From Candidatus Heimdallarchaeota archaeon B3_Heim (GTDB taxonomy: Archaea > Asgardarchaeota > Heimdallarchaeia > Hodarchaeales > Hodarchaeaceae): a stretch of DNA of 32,000 nucleotides. The notes beneath the pieces are model-generated. The model was given only the letters and a program-made list of their open reading frames with translations. It had not been told where the DNA came from and searched no databases. The stretch is taken from the NCBI GenBank assembly GCA_003144275.1, contig NJBF01000038.1, positions 3,580 to 35,579 of the forward strand, given 5' to 3'. The position numbers were made by a program, and so were the translations under genes. Every line of letters starts with the position of its first letter. Position 1 is the first letter of the stretch. Shown piece by piece: positions 28,501-32,000 of the stretch.

Positions 28501-29577
28501 TGGGATGAGATAATAGAAGTTAAAGAAATTCCCAAGGAAGATCCATTCGTTTATGATTTATCTATTCCTACAACACACAATTTTATCGTCAATGGAATCA
28601 TAGTACATAATACTGCAGCTGTGATTCGAGACCAAGATACGGGAGAAATAACCCTAGAAGCAGGAGCATTAGTACTTGCGGATCAAGGGATTGCTATGGT
28701 AGATGAATTCGATAAAATGCGTCCTGAAGACCGTACGGCGATTCACGAAGCGATGGAACAACACACGATAAGTATAGCTAAAGCAGGTATTGTAGCCACC
28801 TTGAATGCACGAACCTCAATATTAGCAGCAGCTAATCCACGAAGAGGACGCTGGAATCCTTATAAAGCTACTGCAGAAAATTTAAATCTCCCTCCAACCA
28901 TCTTATCACGTTTTGATTTGATTTTTGTTCTTGAAGACAAGCCTGATTTGAAAGAGGATCATGATAAAGCATCTCATATCTTGAAACTTCATAAACTCCA
29001 AACTCTCCCAATTGATCCTCCAATTGACCAGACTCTTTTACGAAAATATATTGCACATGCTCGTAGGACTAAGCATCCGAAACTCACCGATGAAGCTGAA
29101 GCCCGATTACTGGAATATTATACTGATCTAAGGGCTTCAAGTGGAAAGATCGAAGAAGGCAGACCAGATCCAATCGCTATTACTCCACGTCAACTCGAGG
29201 CATTAGTAAGGTTATCAGAAGCTCGTGCTAAAATGCGATTGAGCGAAGAGGTCACTTATGAGGATGCCTCGGGAGCTGTGAATCTCATGAATGCAACACT
29301 AGAGAAATTGGCCAAGGATGCTGAAACTGGGAAACTAGACATCGATAAATACTCCTCTGGGATAAGCGATCAAAGTCGAAGAAGATTGGATCGGATTGAT
29401 GCATTAATTGATCATATGTTAAAGGAATCAGAAAATGAACCTGTACCAATCACTGCAATCATTGAGCAAGCTGTAGAGGATGGTTTAGATCGAAATCAAG
29501 TAGAACAAGCTCTAACTAAAATGATTCGAATAGGGAAATTGTTTGAACCCCAACCAGGTCGGGTTCAGAAGATCTAA
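25546..29577 (+). CDS. mcm: MCM replicative helicase with one intein (689 aa after splicing)
   Basis: Zn finger CASC...C..C, GDPGVGKSQ, LEAGALVLADQG, VDEFDKM, AAANP, SRFDL and RQLEAL motifs. Confidence 0.97.
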   Translation: MSLPFDIRGRFESFINEFADEAGMLCYREKIRDMPRKGLRSLPISYNDLLHHDPRLAREIVLNPEECFNEGEKVLHDILMQIDPDYFDKYRQAHIRIENFTDKVLLRTLKTEHLGQLTSFEGIVIGVTETKPLLIEGHFKCASCGHHQVEGFPEGIYSPPYQCGDEHCQRKGSLVLLLEDSLFIDWQKITIQEKPEELPPGQLPQSIMIHVLDDLVDQARPGDRVQIVGILKARATRLLKRGQLATYNKFFQGVNVAKETAEYVDIEITEEDFKQITELSKSPYIIKKIRDSLAPSIYGHDLVKEGIAALLFGGSEKITPDGMKIRGESNILLIGDPGVGKSQLLKFVSKLAPRALYTTGKGSTAAGLCVSADSEVLLSQNILPISLLVENEMKNGGVIQYKDDIDYKEVSNSFNVFHSKNLKLETQPASRVWRIKSPEKLWKIRTKTGKELKLTGPTSLLSIDNFRGLIWKPANSLNVKDKIASPKYFPKVISLQVPNVYDLLKDYPKDFYIYNLSENVESILNQIKLRFGISNRDISDQLNINEDTLYRWKSKQRKGGIPLRKFEELCKILNKPVINFLPNNIILQVKRGQTINIPLKLSKDWFYIMGLIIGDGRITLDRRIDGYGGVTIGFSNQEEVLLKIFQSFFEQLGLSVNRTPKSETKPSEYRIFSSIIFYILSKFGLSPSPKSNSIKLNNELLFFPEKFIFSLLRGLYDSDGWISIREQGSSQIGLSSTSQALIRFVQHALLKLGIIGYLKIRKPKKSFLADGRSIESRFPRYELTFNAYSDFLTFKKHIGFNHPKKRVKLEKFCLKKKKWHRNDDNLPGTRNILREILTFYNIHSREIFGYKGALAPSKTNRDFSRPYLKQILRNAQFKWLNHRVVLPDTIRDNIYSILSNNFTFDQLSKAFKIPKTRLYEYFKRKNRKMKIPVGVLISTKKLVGKQLSMEISTYIDDLINTVQLKNEDYQTKIEFLNQLCDSDLYWDEIIEVKEIPKEDPFVYDLSIPTTHNFIVNGIIVHNTAAVIRDQDTGEITLEAGALVLADQGIAMVDEFDKMRPEDRTAIHEAMEQHTISIAKAGIVATLNARTSILAAANPRRGRWNPYKATAENLNLPPTILSRFDLIFVLEDKPDLKEDHDKASHILKLHKLQTLPIDPPIDQTLLRKYIAHARRTKHPKLTDEAEARLLEYYTDLRASSGKIEEGRPDPIAITPRQLEALVRLSEARAKMRLSEEVTYEDASGAVNLMNATLEKLAKDAETGKLDIDKYSSGISDQSRRRLDRIDALIDHMLKESENEPVPITAIIEQAVEDGLDRNQVEQALTKMIRIGKLFEPQPGRVQKI
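26650..28611 (+). mobile_element. 654-aa intein with LAGLIDADG homing endonuclease in MCM
   Basis: Junctions GSTAAGL|CVSAD and FIVNGIIVHN|TAAVIRD (Cys1, His-Asn, Thr+1); block B-like LTGPTSLL; LAGLIDADG motifs YIMGLIIGDG and LLRGLYDSDG. Confidence 0.96.
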
Positions 29578-29600
29578 TAATCTGATTATTTGGGGTACCA

Positions 29601-31829
29601 ATGAATATTGAAACATTACCGATAAAGTCGGGAATCAAAAAAATAATCATTGAATCTGACGGTATAAGCGAGTTATATCCCCCCCAAGAAGCTGCTATAA
29701 AACAAGGATTATTAGAGGGAAAAAATCTCGTAATTTCTATACCCACTGCAGCTGGGAAAACATTGCTTGCAGAAATCGCCGCAATACAACATATCATGGA
29801 AAATAAAGGGAAAGTTGTTTATTTATGTCCCTTACGTGCCCTTGCGAGTGAAAAGTTTCGAAATTTTAAACGGTTTCAAAGTTTAGGTGTAAGTGTCGCA
29901 ATAACGTCAGGGGATTACGATTCAAAGGACCATTATCTTCCTCGTTATGATATCATTATCTCAACAAATGAGAAATTTGATGCACTTCTACGCCATCAAG
30001 TGAGTTGGGTTGAGGATGAGGTAAGTCTTGTTATTGTTGATGAGTGCCACCTATTAAACGATCAACATCGTGGTCCTACACTCGAAATTCTTTTAGCTCG
30101 ATTATTACTTAGAAATACACAATTACAGATTGTGGCTTTAAGTGCAACCGTTGGAAATAGTGAAGAACTAGCTGAATGGTTGAAAGCTGAATTAGTGCAA
30201 AGTGACTGGCGACCAGTTCCATTAAAGGAAGGTGTCTTTTATGATAATTATGTAACCTATTCAGATTTCACCACCCGTGACGTAATATACAGGCAAAAAG
30301 AAGCTCTTCTCAATCTTGCTCTCGATTCATTCCATTCACAAGAACAAGTGCTTATTTTTACTCCTTCCCGTAGATCAGCGGTTACAACCGCAAATAAGAT
30401 CGGAGATAAGATAGAACCTTTACTCGGTCCTCGTGAAAAAAAAACCTTATCAGATCGAGCCGTATCCTTAACTACTAACCTATCGGACCCATTATCCAAA
30501 CAGTTAGTAGCTTGTATAAAAAAAGGGGCCGCATTTCATCATGCTGGGTTAAATTCCAACCAACGTATGATTATTGAGGATTCATTTAAAGAAGGAATCA
30601 TTAAAGTATTATGTGCTACTCCTACTTTGGCTTCTGGAATAAACATACCAGCCAAACGTGTTATTATTTCTAGTGTTTATCGATATTCAGTAGAACGGGG
30701 TTCATATCCTATTATGACGTTAGAATACAAGCAGATGAGTGGTCGTGCAGGACGCCCTCAATATGATACAGAGGGAGAAGCTATTTTAATTGCAAAACAA
30801 CCTCATTCTGTTAGATGGCTCATGGATCGATATATTTTAAAGGACTCTGAAGCAGTTTATTCTAAGTTAGCGGCAATGCCAGCATTAAGACGAAGCATTC
30901 TGGGACTCATTGCCTCGAAAGTTATTCCTGACATTGATGAATTGCTGAATTTTTTCGAAAAGACATTCTATGGATTTCAATATGAAGCTGTCCTCTTGGA
31001 GGGGAAAATTCGAGAGGTAATTGACATGTTAATAGTCTGGGAAATGATTGATCCATTAGATGCAGGTGAGACCCTGAGAGCCACTCAGTATGGAGTTCGT
31101 GTAAGTCAGCTGTATCTTGATCCTGAGACTGCAGCAAATATTGTTGAAGGGCTGAAAACTGTAATAGAGAACGGATCCTCTAAAATTCATCCGTTGGCTT
31201 TCTTTGATTTATTGGTGGGTACTCCAGACATGGTTACATTAATGTTTGGAAAGGCAAACCAAGCTGTTACTGAAAGAAGATTTGATAAATTTGCCACACG
31301 CTTAATAAAATCCGCTCCAACAAAAGATGATATAGAATATGATTTTCGGCTACGTGATTTTTATACTGCCTTATTTTTATGGGATTGGGTCAATGAATTA
31401 CCCATAGAAAAGTTAATTATTCGATATAAAATTGGATCTGGTGACATTCACCGAATTACTGATACTGCTACATGGTTAACAGCTGCAATAAGTGAAATTG
31501 CCTCTATTTTTGCTAAAAACAATCCTCGATACCTTTTCATTGCAAAAAAATCCGAGTCTTTATCAGAAAGAGTAAAATATGGCATTAAAAGCGATGCAGT
31601 AAGCTTAACAACAATAAAGGGTATAGGACGAAAGAGAGCTCGAATTTTACTTGATCATGGAATTCGAAACACCACACAATTAGCGGATTTGAATCAGTCG
31701 AAGTTAGCAAATATTCCTGGTTTTGGAATTGAGCTAGCAAAAACTATATTAGAAGAAACTAAGAAGACTCAAGAATCAGAACAGGATAGGCAATTAGAAA
31801 ATACTGGTATATCTGATTTTTTACATTGA
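29601..31829 (+). CDS. hel308: Hel308/Hjm (Ski2-like) SF2 helicase
   Basis: LYPPQ, PTAAGKT, PLRALASEK, DECH, SAT, HHAGL, QMSGRAGRPQYD and C-terminal HhH (IKGIGRKRAR, IPGFG). Confidence 0.95.
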   Translation: MNIETLPIKSGIKKIIIESDGISELYPPQEAAIKQGLLEGKNLVISIPTAAGKTLLAEIAAIQHIMENKGKVVYLCPLRALASEKFRNFKRFQSLGVSVAITSGDYDSKDHYLPRYDIIISTNEKFDALLRHQVSWVEDEVSLVIVDECHLLNDQHRGPTLEILLARLLLRNTQLQIVALSATVGNSEELAEWLKAELVQSDWRPVPLKEGVFYDNYVTYSDFTTRDVIYRQKEALLNLALDSFHSQEQVLIFTPSRRSAVTTANKIGDKIEPLLGPREKKTLSDRAVSLTTNLSDPLSKQLVACIKKGAAFHHAGLNSNQRMIIEDSFKEGIIKVLCATPTLASGINIPAKRVIISSVYRYSVERGSYPIMTLEYKQMSGRAGRPQYDTEGEAILIAKQPHSVRWLMDRYILKDSEAVYSKLAAMPALRRSILGLIASKVIPDIDELLNFFEKTFYGFQYEAVLLEGKIREVIDMLIVWEMIDPLDAGETLRATQYGVRVSQLYLDPETAANIVEGLKTVIENGSSKIHPLAFFDLLVGTPDMVTLMFGKANQAVTERRFDKFATRLIKSAPTKDDIEYDFRLRDFYTALFLWDWVNELPIEKLIIRYKIGSGDIHRITDTATWLTAAISEIASIFAKNNPRYLFIAKKSESLSERVKYGIKSDAVSLTTIKGIGRKRARILLDHGIRNTTQLADLNQSKLANIPGFGIELAKTILEETKKTQESEQDRQLENTGISDFLH

Positions 31830-32000
31830 TTTCATGTTTATGACCTTTTTTAGACCGATGTCGCCAAACTGCTCAGTACTTCGTATCACCTCCTCGAAAC
31901 CACATCTTGTTCCCTAAACATCGCCCGGTGCCACGATGTGAGAAGGAATTCACAGAAATCGTTTGCAGTATAAACAAAATCTACCCGACACCTCCGACTA

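Noticed and set aside
4325-31137. Many short antisense or overlapping ORFs in the track (e.g. 4325..4543, 5882..6112, 13651..13929, 19357..19662, 30257..30499)
   Set aside because: They are shadow frames of well-supported genes and carry no motifs.
31874-31893. ATCACCTCCT as a 16S rRNA 3' end
   Set aside because: The upstream sequence does not match the conserved 16S terminal helix.
1-32000. CRISPR arrays, tRNAs, rRNAs and IS elements
   Set aside because: I saw no regularly spaced repeats, cloverleafs, rRNA signatures or transposase motifs.

Overview
AT-rich archaeal DNA, most likely from an Asgard archaeon (inferred from an Arf-family GTPase and a RING-finger remnant alongside archaeal-type ribosomal, Cdc6, GINS, MCM and Hel308 genes). 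Layout: (i) 1-7.3 kb accessory block (membrane-anchored protein, Zn-ribbon protein, two PD-(D/E)XK-like nucleases, UDG-like protein, decayed RING gene); (ii) 7.3-13.0 kb mevalonate cluster (phosphomevalonate dehydratase AcnX large/small subunits, inverted PMK + MvaD, UbiX, IDI-2); (iii) 13.2-20.4 kb translation and ribosome-biogenesis genes, including an RNase P RNA absent from the ORF track; (iv) 20.5-23.2 kb SNAP-like helical protein, Arf GTPase and HDAC; (v) 23.3-31.8 kb cdc6, gins23, intein-containing mcm and hel308. Top finding: the AcnX large-subunit gene is split by a 36-nt insertion (7575-7610) with an in-frame UAG. It folds into a bulge-helix-bulge/loop splice motif whose predicted EndA cuts restore the conserved NPAG-MD junction exactly. 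This is a candidate tRNA-endonuclease-spliced mRNA intron in a metabolic gene. All family calls are from motif recognition by eye; no database searches were run.
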